A stretch of 64,000 bases of DNA from Lophium mytilinum (lineage: Eukaryota). Below, piece by piece: positions 38,359-50,522 of this stretch. The position numbers were made by a program, and so were the translations under genes. Below the pieces are notes generated by a model. That model saw only the letters and a program-made list of their open reading frames with translations, did not search any database and was not told where the DNA came from. The stretch lies in the NCBI GenBank assembly GCA_010093605.1, contig MU004198.1:188726-252725 (forward strand). Reading direction: 5' to 3'. The first letter of the stretch is position 1. Every line of letters starts with the position of its first letter.

Positions 38359-39317
38359 ATGGCGAACGCCCTAGGCAAAATCTACAAGTGGGCCGTCCCA
38401 ACCGCCGTCGGCTTCTCCCTCATCCAAGCCTCCATCTACGACGTCAAAGGCGGTACCCGTGCCGTCATCTTCGACCGGATATCAGGTGTCAAGGAAGATA
38501 TCAAGAACGAGGGCACGCACTTCCTGATCCCGTGGCTGCAGAAGAGCATCATCTATGATGTGCGGACACGGCCGCGCAATATCTCCACGACGACGGGCAG
38601 CAAGGATCTGCAGATGGTGAGCTTGACGCTCAGAGTGCTGCACCGACCCGAGGTCAAGATGCTGCCAAAGATCTATCAGGTGAGAGAATACTCTATCCGC
38701 ATAACCCAATTGCTCTTCCAGTCCATGTGGCTCCACTTCCGGTATATACACACTTCAACCGCAACACCTCGCTAATATATATAAATGATGGCTAGAACCT
38801 CGGCCAAGACTACGACGAGCGCGTCCTCCCCTCCATCGGCAACGAAGTCCTCAAAGCCATCGTCGCCCAGTTCGACGCCGCCGAACTCATCACCCAGCGT
38901 GAAGCCGTCAGCAACCGCATCCGCGCCGACCTCCTCAAGCGCGCCAACGAGTTCAACATCGCCCTCGAGGACGTCTCCATCACGCACATGACCTTTGGCA
39001 AGGAGTTCACGCGCGCCGTCGAGGAGAAGCAGATTGCGCAACAAGAAGCCGAACGTGCTCGCTTCATCGTCGAGAAGGCCGAGCAGGAGCGCCAGGCGAA
39101 TGTCATCCGGGCAGAGGGTGAGGCCGAGGCCGCGGACACGATCTCGAAGGCTGTAGCGAAGAGTGGCGATGGCTTGATTATGATTCGGCGGATTGAAACG
39201 CAGAAGGATATTGCGCAGATGTTGGCGGGGAATCCGAATGTGTCGTATTTGCCTGGTGGCGGGTCGTCGGGTGGCCAGGGACAGTCGGGAGGGAACTTTT
39301 TGCTCGGGCTGAGATGA
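38359..39317 (+). CDS. PHB1: prohibitin 1; intron 38680-38795
   Basis: [39 protein letters not shown] and [13 protein letters not shown]. Confidence 0.96.
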
Positions 39318-40965
39318 AAGGGTTGATACGTTGAGGATTGATTGGGAGAGGGCAAAAGCATGGGTTGGCGTAATGCTGTATTATAGTGTCCCTAGGGCCT
39401 GAGCGCGGTATGCTTCGATGTATCCTAGGGAATCCAGACTCCGCTATTGCGTTTGATCGTTGACACAACGTACATGAAAGCGTCGCCCAAGATATGAGCA
39501 CCGGACTGCCTATATTTCACTGGGTTTTCTCCCTGTTCAGGCAACAGACGTAGAAACGTGTCGCATAAGTCCGGTCAGACTTCCGGATAACACTAGCATG
39601 GAGAGTTCGAGAAATGCTATAGTCCATATCTCCTCTACACACAACCTTGCTCCCCTACTTCTTCCTCAACTCAGCGACCATTGTTTCAACTTCAAGCAGG
39701 CCGTACGAACAACCGCAACGGATCGAAGTGTTGTGTACCCCGCCGGGATCATCTTTGCCCCTGGACCAGCCTCATCATATCAGAGCACAACCTAACATCC
39801 TCTTTAGACGCTTGCTCTACAGTTTCTATCCCAGCTGTTCTTGAAAAGGTGTAGGTAGGAACCACTCTCGACACCAGCACTTCCGCGGTGAAGGGAAGAG
39901 AGCTCCTGCGTCCAGCGAGTTTCCGTGCTTTTCTGATCCAGCAATATTGACGGAATCGTCGTCTCAAACTTCATGCCCACATGTTAACCTGTGACGGCAG
40001 AGCAAGGCTCTATGTGAGATTATGGAGCGGCTAGGGGCTAGGGTCTGTTTTATGTGAGTCGAATGGGGGCAGTATTCTTTGTTCAACAGGCTCTTGTTGG
40101 CGATAGGGTCTGGGACGAGACGGAGATACACGGAAAATAGGGATGGGTGAACATATGTTTGAAGGGAATGAGGGGTCGGGGGGGCACTTTATGGGTAACG
40201 TGGGGAACTCTGATGAGTGTGCTCGTGTAGTGATGATCGTTCTTTGTTGAGCTTAGAGGGTAGAGCTTTGGGGTGAATCAGGGGTGAATAAATGAGAAGA
40301 ATGATGATCCGGGCGGGCGTGTATGAGAGGGTAGGCGAGGAGGTCACGCAAAGACCTCGAATAAGGCAGGTGTATTTGAGCATAGAGAAATAGATCGAAA
40401 ATAATAGCTCCCCTAAACGAGCTCTCAGATACATAGTTGCCGTTACCTACCAAAATTTCCACAAACATGATCTAAGAAGCCTCCAAGAACGCACACAAGA
40501 AATAAGTATAAGCGAGGGGCCCCCAAGCCGCCAGCATTGAGTCTCCGCTATTCCAACCAGACAGAGATCGCCGGACTACAGCAGAACCCTCATACATCCA
40601 AGCACTGTGTCCAATGAACTGTACGCATTCAAAAGTCCAATAATTCACGATCTTCAGAGGTCGTTGCCAATGCTCTCTCCAAGTACGTAGACAGATGCAC
40701 GATGTAAAAGCCATCACCTAGGAGTCCTGATCATGTCCCCCCGAAGCGCCCTGCCTACCGCAGAGATGGCTAAAAGACCGCTAGAAAACAACGATCTATA
40801 TACCTCGAACCATGTTGAAGTGGCCTGCCGAAAGACACTCTATCGCCAGCCACAATGATGTAAGGGGGTGTATTGAGCGGGACTGGGAGCCCCGAGAGTC
40901 AGTCGTTCTAGAGAATCCATCGCAGTACTCGCGTCACGGGAGAGGCCGGCCGAGACTCGCCGCGT

Positions 40966-43286
40966 TCACTGGGGGAGACCGGTTTCATCTATGGTATCGG
41001 CATGGGCTTTATAGGTCTTGACGATCCAGGTACAGAAATCTGCCCATTCACGCCTGAAGATCTCGAGGCCGCGCTTCTTTTCTGCTTCGGAGAGGCAGCT
41101 GTACTCCAGGCTCCATTCGGCGAGTTGGCGCCAGCCGTAAATGTTCATCGTTGGTGTGCCGACCATTACTTGGTAGAACTCGTGGGACATGGAGTTGCTA
41201 CGGGTTTTGGTTAGTTGGTGACTTTGCTCAAATAGTGGGAGAGAAAGTACCTGAAGAGGGACGGGTTGTCGCTGTTCACCGTGCACGGGATGCCGGCTGC
41301 TAGCAGTTGCGGGTATGGATGCTCTTTCACGTTCCTGCAGAGATGTAGGAGCTCATTGGAGATCGGACAGAGCTCAATGCAGATGTTCTTTTTCTTGAAC
41401 TCCTCAATCAAGTGAGGATGCTTGGTCAAGGAGAACCCATGTCCGATTCGCTTGGACTTCTTCAACAGCACAGCGTCGTAAAGATTCGAATTCTCTGGGT
41501 TTTGTCGCGCGGAGCCACCTGTGTCGAGTAAGGTCTCACCGGCGTGGAACATGAATGGGATATCAAGTTTCAACTGGTCGCAAGTCTCTTGAAATGCGAC
41601 CAACTCCTTGTGATAGAACCCGATGTTGTTGGGCCGGTCTTCCGCTCCAACTAGATCAAACCCTGAAATAATTTTAGCAGCGCGCCATTTCTAGGTTGAG
41701 GGGCTACATACCACATATGAGGTCAGGGAATTGGATCTTCAGCTCAATACAGTCTTTCATTTCTGCAATCATCCTCGTTTTCGGAATCGAGCGAGGTGTG
41801 CAATAGATAATCTTGAGGCCAAATGGGAATTTGTCCTCGAGCCCCTTCGCCTTTAAATCTGCCTTCTTCGCTTCCACTCCGGCGATTATTAGTCTCATTT
41901 GCTCTGGATTAGATACCTGACCAATGCCGTCATTTTTCGGAATAGACTTGTCTAGCAGCATAGGACGTAGCTCAGCGTACATGATCTTTTCATCGATCAT
42001 GCGCTGGATAGCATTGCCAATGTACCACTTGTAGACTTGTTCGTAGTTCAGAAGTCCTTTAAAGCAACGAGTGGCTTGATTGAAACGAGCCCAGACCCTG
42101 ACACTAAATTAGCACGAAAGCTATGCGACCCTTGACTTCAATACGTACCCATTGACCGTTTGCCTGGGGCCATAGGCCTCGTCCTCACTTAGGACCATTT
42201 TGGTGATTAGCCACCGTTCTGCAGCATCGGGTACGAACTCTCCTTGAGCTGAGCTGTCAATTAATCCCCCATTGATCTCAGAATATTTAGTAAGGGCGTG
42301 GTGGCCCTTCGTAATGGTCTCATCTTGTCCATACTTCTTAATCCACACCTCACGGAAGGTAGTCCACCTCATCCATAGATTAGGCGCGAAAGGTTCCTTC
42401 GCGTTGAACTTTCCTCCTTTCAGGTAATCAGGCGAGAATATATCCTGAGACACAGTGTTTTCCGGAACAACATTGAAGACTAGTTCCACTTGCTCGAGAT
42501 CCTCCCTCTTTGTAATGGGCTGCGTGCCTCTAAGAAACATGTTGCTCATGTTCCGGGCCTCTCTAAGCAGGGTTTCTGGTTGGAGTTCCGCATTGAAATG
42601 GAGGTGCAAAAGAGCCCCTTTCGGTGCCTCAACGGAAATATCGTAAAGCTTGCTCTCCTTCTCGATACGATCCCTGTTGGTCAAAAATTGCCCCCCCATA
42701 TCCAGAGTCCCAGGCTCAGGAATCTGCTCAGAAGGTAGATTGCCAAAGAGTACCCTGCGTTCATCTTCTCTGATTTTGCGTATGATTTCGCCGGCTTCGG
42801 CCTCCCTGTCAATCTTCCATTCTTCCGCTTTTTTAGACCAATGGTTTGACTTCTTGTCACCGTTCACAAGATTGACTCGACTATCCGTGTACGCCTGCTG
42901 AGTTGCATCGGCATCTATTTTCTCTTGAAGAATTTTGGCCGGGTCATCAAGAATGACAGGAGGCGGAGGCTTCTCTATATCCATATTGTCTATTGCTTGT
43001 GCCCCTGGATCTTGACTGCGTTTCCGTTTCCGCCTGGCGTCTGTTGATCGCAAGGATCTGCCACCCGCCGGTCGATTTGGAAGCTCTTCAGTACTCTTTG
43101 TGTCACGATTCGATCTGCAAAGCGTTAATCATGTTCAAAATCCCCAGAGTATCTGACTGCAATGGCATGAGAGTAGAGTATGGGGCAGACAAACAATGAA
43201 GAAAGTAAGGAGCCGCACTTCGCCAACCATCCCGTTCGGGTGCTGTTCGTGCCGCTCGATTCGATAGACCCTGGCTCAACCGGCAT
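40966..43286 (-). CDS. adenosine deaminase, ADGF/CECR1 (ADA2)-like; start codon uncertain
   Basis: PKGALLHLH, YAELRP, GFDLVG.ED, FHAGET, RIGHG, ELCPISN and SDNP. Introns near 42100-42147, 41663-41709 and 41200-41250, plus a probable first intron ending about 43105. Confidence 0.88.
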
Positions 43287-44675
43287 CCCTATTAAAGAGT
43301 TGGTATGTTGCGCTTTTCAAGTAGTTAGACAGGCCTTGAGGTTACACAAATGCTTGATGATCGGGTAGATTCTGGAGAGGGCGGCGGATAATGAAGTATT
43401 TGCAGCCTGCAATAAGGCTGAATCTAGTACCTTGGGCACTTTGAGAGGCTGAGTGAGAGCCCTGAGTCGTTTAAAAAGAATGACCCGCTTAACTCGAGGC
43501 GGTCTGCAAGTTCAATATCGCCGAACCAGATGTTGAGGCCCGCTAACTAAATGCTTTGAGAATGGTCCCGAGCAGAGTAACCCTTTTATGGGTTGGGAAA
43601 TGACCTGGGGGGTGGTGTTAGAGATGGGGTTGATTCAGCTGCGCCCCAATGTCACGGGGAAGGCTGACATTTAGAGTCATCTTCCCTTTGAACAGGACAG
43701 ATGATGGTCCTGACAAGAGCAGTAAGAGAAAGAGAGGGCCGCAGAGTGTCTTTAAGAGATCAAAACAGTTCATATGATCAAATGCGAGACATGAAATTTG
43801 ATGAAGGAATGCACTCATAGCGTGCCTGTGGTCTCAGCGCGACAACAAAGCTTCTTACATACACTGCGGGGCGGCGCACCCATCTACTGTCTGACACAGT
43901 ATTACTTTCTTTTCGGTCTTTCGAGGTTTCGAGTCGCCGTACTGTGTGGTGATGACCAAGGTTGACTCGACCACGATGGGCCTCCGATCAGTCTGGTGCC
44001 TGGTGCGAAGCCTAGGGAATAGAGGTCCTGTAAGAGCAGGGTCAAGGTGGAGCAAGAGGTGGGGATCGCGACGTCAAGAAGCGCTTCTCAAGACAAGATT
44101 CCGGTCAGGGCCAGCGTACAGTAGGTGCTGCGACAAGCTTTGGTCCGAGCAAGGAAGAAGATGTGGTGTTTCAGCGCAGCGCAAAGAGGCAGCCATCAAG
44201 TCCCGCCCAGGCTGGAAAGATAGTGGCTATGCTCATGCAAGTCTACTCTGTACTCGCCTCCAGCTCCCCTGCACGCCCACTAGACGGATTTCAACGGAAT
44301 TACGCTAGTATCTGCACGGCGGTCAGCTAGGCTCGGAGGGGTAAGGGGTGTGCCGATTTTGGTGGTGACACTAATAAATTGGCACAGGGGGCTACCCTGG
44401 CCGCTATTGACGCGTGATTTTCATAAAAATTGGATTTTAATTTCCACCCGTTTAAGGCCTCTATATACAGCTTAGGCTGCCCGGCTTAGTATTATAGATT
44501 ATAAGGTTATAGGTAATTAGTGTAGAGCCTCTAATAATATAGATTAGACGTTGTTTTAGTATAATAAGGTAAGGATTTTATCTACTAGTTATTAGCACCT
44601 ATATCTTATTTAATTTTAATTATTTAAATATATTAAAATATAGAAAATTATTATAATTCTTATATTACTACCCTT

Positions 44676-45847
44676 ATAGCCCTTCTAGATAGTATTATAG
44701 CTGCCGCGGCCGCTACTATTAATATTAGTAAGCTTGCAGAGCTATTAGATAAGAAAGAACATACCCTCGCTAATAATAAGGCCGCCAAGATAGATAAAAT
44801 AGAGGCTAAAGAGAAAGTTAATAAGGTTCTAGATAGCTTTATTTCTTAACTATATAATCTACTACTATATAATTAGGTTAACTTTATGCGCTAGTTTAAT
44901 AATAAGCTTACTAATAAGCGCGCGCGCTTTAAGATACGCTTTAACTATAAGAAAATTAGATAGTTAGCTATACTTCTCTAGCTTAATAAGATTAAGTATA
45001 CTTACAGGCGTTATTCTTATTTAATTCTCTCGCTCTGCGTACTCCTTTAGCGCCTCTTAATACTACGCCGCTTTAGTAATATACTAGTAGTATTTAAATA
45101 TAGCTACTTATAGCTTTATACTATATTTAGAGATACTATTATCTTTTTTATAAATTAGTAGCAGTAGCGGCTATACTAGAACGGGCGGCAGCTTACGCGT
45201 AAGAAGCTAGAGGAGTATATAATAGCTATAGAATTTTATCTAGATATTAGTAAAGTCTAGAGCTATATAAATAGAACTACTTGCCTAATTATATAGCTAA
45301 AGAACTTCTAGATCTAGTAGATAATATACTCTAGGTATAAAAAGTACTACTGCCTTAAGTTTTAGTCTATTATTACTTCTAATAGTATAATCTAGTCTCT
45401 TACTAGGCTATTTCTAGGTAGTACCGGTAACTTTATAATAATAGAGGAGTCTAGGCTATCTATAAAGCTAGTAGAGCTATATAGTAACCTTCTACTAGAG
45501 AAAGTTTAGTATCTTTATAGTAATTCCGCATATATTAATAGATAGGGCATAATTAGTACCTTTAAAGGAAGGCTAGAGAAATATATAGCTTAGCGCCCTA
45601 ATTAATATTAGTATAATAGAGAGATAGTAAGCCTATATATAGCTATTAAGCATAGCTTTAGTTTAGTATTAAAATACTAGAGTTTTAGTTTATTTAGGTT
45701 AGTAATAAGAATAGAATTATTACCTATAGAAAGCTATTATATTATTACTATACTACTAATAAATTATTTAAGCTATTTCTAGGATAATTAGATAGCGGAC
45801 GTGTATAATATAGGCACGCCTAATATTAAGGAGTACCTAGGCATTAA
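44676..45847 (+). pseudogene. RIP-mutated Harbinger-type DDE (DDE_Tnp_4) transposase
   Basis: Reversing C>T/G>A changes gives GY(I/V)DGT (45261), YSGHKK.HCLKFQSIVTPDG (45327), GPFPG..GD and LYGDSAY (45513). Many TAG/TAA stops. Confidence 0.85.
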
Positions 45848-46329
45848 GAAGGGCGTATAGAAGTATAGAATTAAGGTTATAGTAGGCTAAATTATAGTAT
45901 TACTATACTTATACAGCCTTTCTATTTTATATAGCCTTTCTGTTTTATTACTAGTATATAAACTAATATTACTACTACCTATTATATAAGAAATTAGCTA
46001 ATTAGATGCGTTTATTTAGGTTTAGCTTCTACTAGCTCGCAAAATAAGTAAGGAAAATTAAAACTCTATAGATAATATTAATTTTATGTCTACCTACTTT
46101 ATATATATAAAACTAACACTAAAAATCTATTAATTTATTTAAAAATAACTAGAAAATATAGCTAATAGTCGCCGCTATAATTTATACTACTTACTTTCTA
46201 CCTATAAGTAATAGCGTCTAAAATATATTAGTTATAAGAAGCGGAACTAAAAAAATAGAAGTTTCTAGGGGTATTAGGCTTTAAATTAAGGCTAGCTAGG
46301 CTAGCCACCTCTATAGGGCTATATTCCTC

Positions 46330-47620
46330 TACTAATAATACCCTCTTATTCTCTCCTCTATTAATAATACTCTTCTTTCTTTCTTTATTATTATTAATTG
46401 CACGTTCTATATTACTAGCAACCTTACTAAAAGTCCTACTATACTTAGCGCCCTTAGTTACCTTAGTTTAAATATAAGACGGCCGCTTAGAGTCTCTCTA
46501 TATCTTTTCTATATTAGTAATTACCCTCTTATAGTATAGTTAATTAGTAGTATAGTAGGATACCTGCAGCTTCTTATAGTTACTTACTATTTAAGTAGGA
46601 TTTATTATAGCCTAGATAGAAATTACTAGGCCCTATATAAAGGCCTTAAATAACTCTCTCTATCTTACTATTATTCTCTTAATTTAAGCCTTAGCCTTAG
46701 CTATATAGCGCCTCTCTCTCTTATCTATATAAGTAATTTAATACTTCTTAATCTCTTAACGCATATAGTATGCGGCTATAAACCCCCTATAGTATAGAGG
46801 TTCTCTACTAGGCCTCTACTAAGGCCGCGGCGCCTCCTCTAGTATATTAATATTATTAATTTCTCTCTTTATACTAATTAAGCGCGTAAGGTTAATAATA
46901 ATAGCCTACTACTAGCTATTATAGGTTTATACCTTAGGTAGGCCTTAAAGCTTCTTTTTAATTATCTTATTTATATCCGCCGCCTTTATAATAAAGATAT
47001 TAAGCTACTATAGATACTTATTATCTCTCTATACTATTCTAGTCTTCTTTCTTTTACCCTTTTAGATAGTAATTCTCTTATTAATTTTATTCTTTAACTA
47101 ATTATATCTATTATAGAAGTTATAGCCGCGCTCTATATAGCCTATAAGCTTATTTATTATTACTACTATCCTCTCTATATACGCTTTAAGCTAATACTTA
47201 TAGGCCTAGTAGTAGTACTAGTTTAGTAGCTTAATAAAGTAGAGCTACTTAGCCGGCCTTAATTACTTATATATCTCTAGAGAAATAATATTATAGAAGG
47301 GCAGAAGAACTATTAAGGTATTCTTATTCTCTACTTTAGAATACTCTTAAGTTTATAGAATATTATCTATATTATTATCTAGCTTAATAAGCTCTAGCTA
47401 TTTATTTGCGTTAATCTTATAGAGCGCGTAGTAAGGCCCTAGGGCCTATAGAGAAGCCTATAGAAGCTATAGAGGTATTACTAAAGGCTTAAAGTAAGAA
47501 ATAATTAGATAGAAGAGTAGCAGCGCGTATTATAGAACTATATATAGCTATAGAACTATACGCGGCTATAGAACTCTATATAGCTATAAAACTCTAGGCG
47601 CGGTATTAAGAAGAGAGAAA
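46330..47620 (-). pseudogene. RIP-mutated second ORF of the Harbinger element (possibly Myb/SANT-like accessory protein); boundaries approximate
   Basis: Purine-rich minus-strand frame reading as a charged helical protein (...ETG....E..QQLD..I after de-RIP). An 18-bp x4 repeat at 47531-47603. Convergent with the transposase. Confidence 0.45.
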
Positions 47621-48643
47621 ATATTAGGCTAGTAAGAGGATATTATAATATAATAAAAATTAAGGTTTATATAGAGATTATAAGAATTTAAGGCAGGAGC
47701 TAATAATAGATTATAATAGAGTAATTCTACTACTAATAAAATAGTATATAGATCTTCCTTCTCTTAAATATTTAGTTAAGGGCTTTCTATAATATTTCTA
47801 TATCTTCTACTTTCTCTCCTCTCTCTATATTATTAGCCGGCTGTTTTTATTAAAAATAGTATTAAAAATATAAATCTTATTATATATTTAACCTTCTATA
47901 TAGCCTTAGGCCTCCTTTATAGCCTTATATATAGCCTTAGGCCTTAATTATAGTATAGGTAATTATAATATAAGAAAGTTAAGAATTCTTAGAAGGATCT
48001 ATAGATTATTAGGGCTATAATAAGATAGAATAGGCTAGTAGCTTTATCTTAGCGGCGCCTTACTATATACGGCCTGCATGAGCTGCCTTAATTAGAGACC
48101 TTATCTAAGGTCTCCGGGCATGCAGGCCTTACGCTAGGTATGCCGCTAACTAGGGGGCCCCCTACTAGTGGGCATTTTGTGAAAATTTGTAAATACCGAG
48201 CTAACCAGGGGCCTGTAGTAGCTCAAGCCTCATTACACCGATTTACGTGGCGAATTTCCTCCTACGGCCGTGCGATTCGTCTCTGAAATCCGTCTACTGG
48301 ACCGCCAGACAATTAAGCACCAAGCGCCCGCCAGGCTGCAAGGCTCCACACGGTCTGCTCAAAATCGTACAAAGCGCGCAAGGCTGAACACCGCTATGCT
48401 CCCACTGGGATCGTATGGGGGCTGAGCGTCGTGCATCTCCCACTCCGCCATGAATCCTGCATCAGTCCCCTCTTGGCAATTCCAGTTTCGCGCTGTTTCT
48501 TTTGCCGCTGCTTCCTATGACCGGCCTCTCCTCGCCGCTCTCCCTACTTATATACTGGGAGCTGTCATTCGGTCCTTCATTTAGCTCTCCCCATAGCCAT
48601 AGTCTCTAGCTTCACTGTAGTTCTCACCCAAAGCTCTGCCATC

Positions 48644-49873
48644 ATGCATTGGGTCACCGGTGGCCTCCATAATTTCCAGCTCGATATCGTTGGTTTCCTT
48701 GCCATCCTCGGTGAAGGATCCGTGCTCGCAAATGCCCAAGTGTCAACCCTCTCCAAGTGGATCTTCCTGCCTCGTCTTCTTCCCGCACCACAAGCCCTTC
48801 TCCGGCCCTCGAGGCCCTCCAAACTCGAGCCCCATCCGGGGCGAGTAACTGGAGTTTTTTCAGGGAACGACAGACCCTCCATAAACCACATCGGAAACAT
48901 TGTTTGGTATATTAGGCCCCTGTACTTCAAATTCGTTGGCCAGCTTTTGCTAACTCGGTGTAGCGATGGAAACTCCATGGACGACTACTCGGTCCGCTGC
49001 GTTACGGTAACACGAGTGAGCCCTAAGCAAGCCAAATCGAAGACCGTAGGCCCGCTCACCGGCATACTATTCCTCGGTGCGAGCCTCTCCTCCATCCTCC
49101 TCGCCGTCTCGATCTATTGGGGCGACGGCATGTCGCTCCTCGCAACCGCCCTCCTCTCCCTCCTCTCCTCCCTCATCGGATGGGGAAACCACTGGAAACT
49201 ACACCTGCCCAAGCGCATGGAGAAGTCTGGCAACGTTCCCCGGGGCGACGTGGTGATCCGATATCCTAAGGGTAGCTTTCTCGTCGTCAAGTGCGAAGAA
49301 GACGTCGCCCGTGAGCTCTACTTCGCTCCGGAGTCCATCGAATACACCTTGAGCCACGCTCCGGCATACCGCATGCTCTCGCTGCTGGGCACCCTGATGC
49401 TCATGGGCGGCGTCATTGCGTTGGCTAACGCAGAGCCGAGGCTGCAGATTGTATGGGCAGGCTTCTATATGCTGCTCAACGCTGCGTATTGGACTGTCGC
49501 TGCGCTGCCTGCGAAGCTCCACTGGGATACGTCGTGCTTTAAGGTGACGATGGAAGCGCTGTCGGATAGTGATAAGGATGTTAAAGGCTATCCGAGCAAG
49601 AACACGACGTTCACCCAAGCGCTGTGGAAAGTCATTGTCCTCACCAGGAACGCGAACTGGGCGCGGCGAGGTGAAGCAGCACCGGATACTAAAGCATGGC
49701 GGGCGTGGATGAACGACGCGCAATTCACCGCTCAGGATGTCAAGGAAGCCGAAATCCAAGTTGCTGATGGGATTAAGACGTGGCAAGTCCCGGTGTGGAA
49801 CGCGCAAGAACGTCTCCGAGAGCTGTTGGACGAGCAGCGGGCCGAAGAAGAGAAGGGGGTTGAAGAGGTTTGA
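48644..49873 (+). CDS. hypothetical multi-pass membrane protein; probable in-frame intron 48907-48963
   Basis: 409-aa ORF with LDIVGFLAILGE, several hydrophobic helices and GDVVIRYP.GSF.VV.C.E.VARELYF. The GTATAT..GCTAAC..TAG intron is 57 bp. Confidence 0.85.
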   Translation: MHWVTGGLHNFQLDIVGFLAILGEGSVLANAQVSTLSKWIFLPRLLPAPQALLRPSRPSKLEPHPGRVTGVFSGNDRPSINHIGNIVWYIRPLYFKFVGQLLLTRCSDGNSMDDYSVRCVTVTRVSPKQAKSKTVGPLTGILFLGASLSSILLAVSIYWGDGMSLLATALLSLLSSLIGWGNHWKLHLPKRMEKSGNVPRGDVVIRYPKGSFLVVKCEEDVARELYFAPESIEYTLSHAPAYRMLSLLGTLMLMGGVIALANAEPRLQIVWAGFYMLLNAAYWTVAALPAKLHWDTSCFKVTMEALSDSDKDVKGYPSKNTTFTQALWKVIVLTRNANWARRGEAAPDTKAWRAWMNDAQFTAQDVKEAEIQVADGIKTWQVPVWNAQERLRELLDEQRAEEEKGVEEV

Positions 49874-50522
49874 GTCGCTTTGACCCGAGTGTTTCTGAAG
49901 CGTTTCGCATTACCCATCACGCATCATGACGTTACGATCTCAAAAGCACCTTCGCTCCTTATATTTTGCCATTTAGCGATTTTGGTCATTTCAGCGCTTT
50001 CTTAGCGAGTTGTAATTGCATAGGTGTTGGACTACCACTGGCAGCATTATCATCATCAGCCTCATTTTTATCATCATCAGCCCTAATTCGAGCGATTTCT
50101 TCATTTGCGTATTTTGAGCGGTTGGCATATCGCGTAGGCGCGTTGGGACACGATTGATTATTTAGATGAAAAGCTTGGATAGCCACACTGTCAATACAGT
50201 TGAAACAAACTCACCGATCATAACACACTTTTTGATGCTATCATACACTACGTGCCTCCACTGATGCTCCGACTCATTTCATCGGGCTTGGCGTACTCAA
50301 TTGCAGACTTCTTAGGACACGCAACGCCTGTACAGTAACTCTGCAGAACACCGAAGCACATATTGTCTGCTTTTACACTGTAACTAAGTTAGTGAGGAGC
50401 CTGTGGGCACCACGCTTCCCAGGTCTCTGCCATACCTGCTTCATCCATAGGGTATCGTATCTTCCACACCAACAACTAGGTAACTCCCTCAATCCAAAGC
50501 AACCCGCCCCACCACAGCAGTC

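Larger units (their letters stand above)
44282..48295 (+). mobile_element. complete RIP-inactivated PIF/Harbinger-superfamily DNA transposon (4014 bp)
   Basis: TIR AGACGGATTTCA at 44282-44293 and its inverse at 48284-48295. ACT direct repeat at 44279-44281 and 48296-48298. Very TpA-rich interior with relic ORFs. Confidence 0.88.

Noticed and set aside
39665..39785. Minus-strand ATGATGA...CTGA as a C/D snoRNA
   Set aside because: No terminal stem or recognisable rRNA guide. Such short boxes arise by chance.
47895..47945. TATAGCCTTA-type repeats shared between the Harbinger element and the nested element
   Set aside because: Low-complexity convergence expected after RIP; not evidence of common origin.
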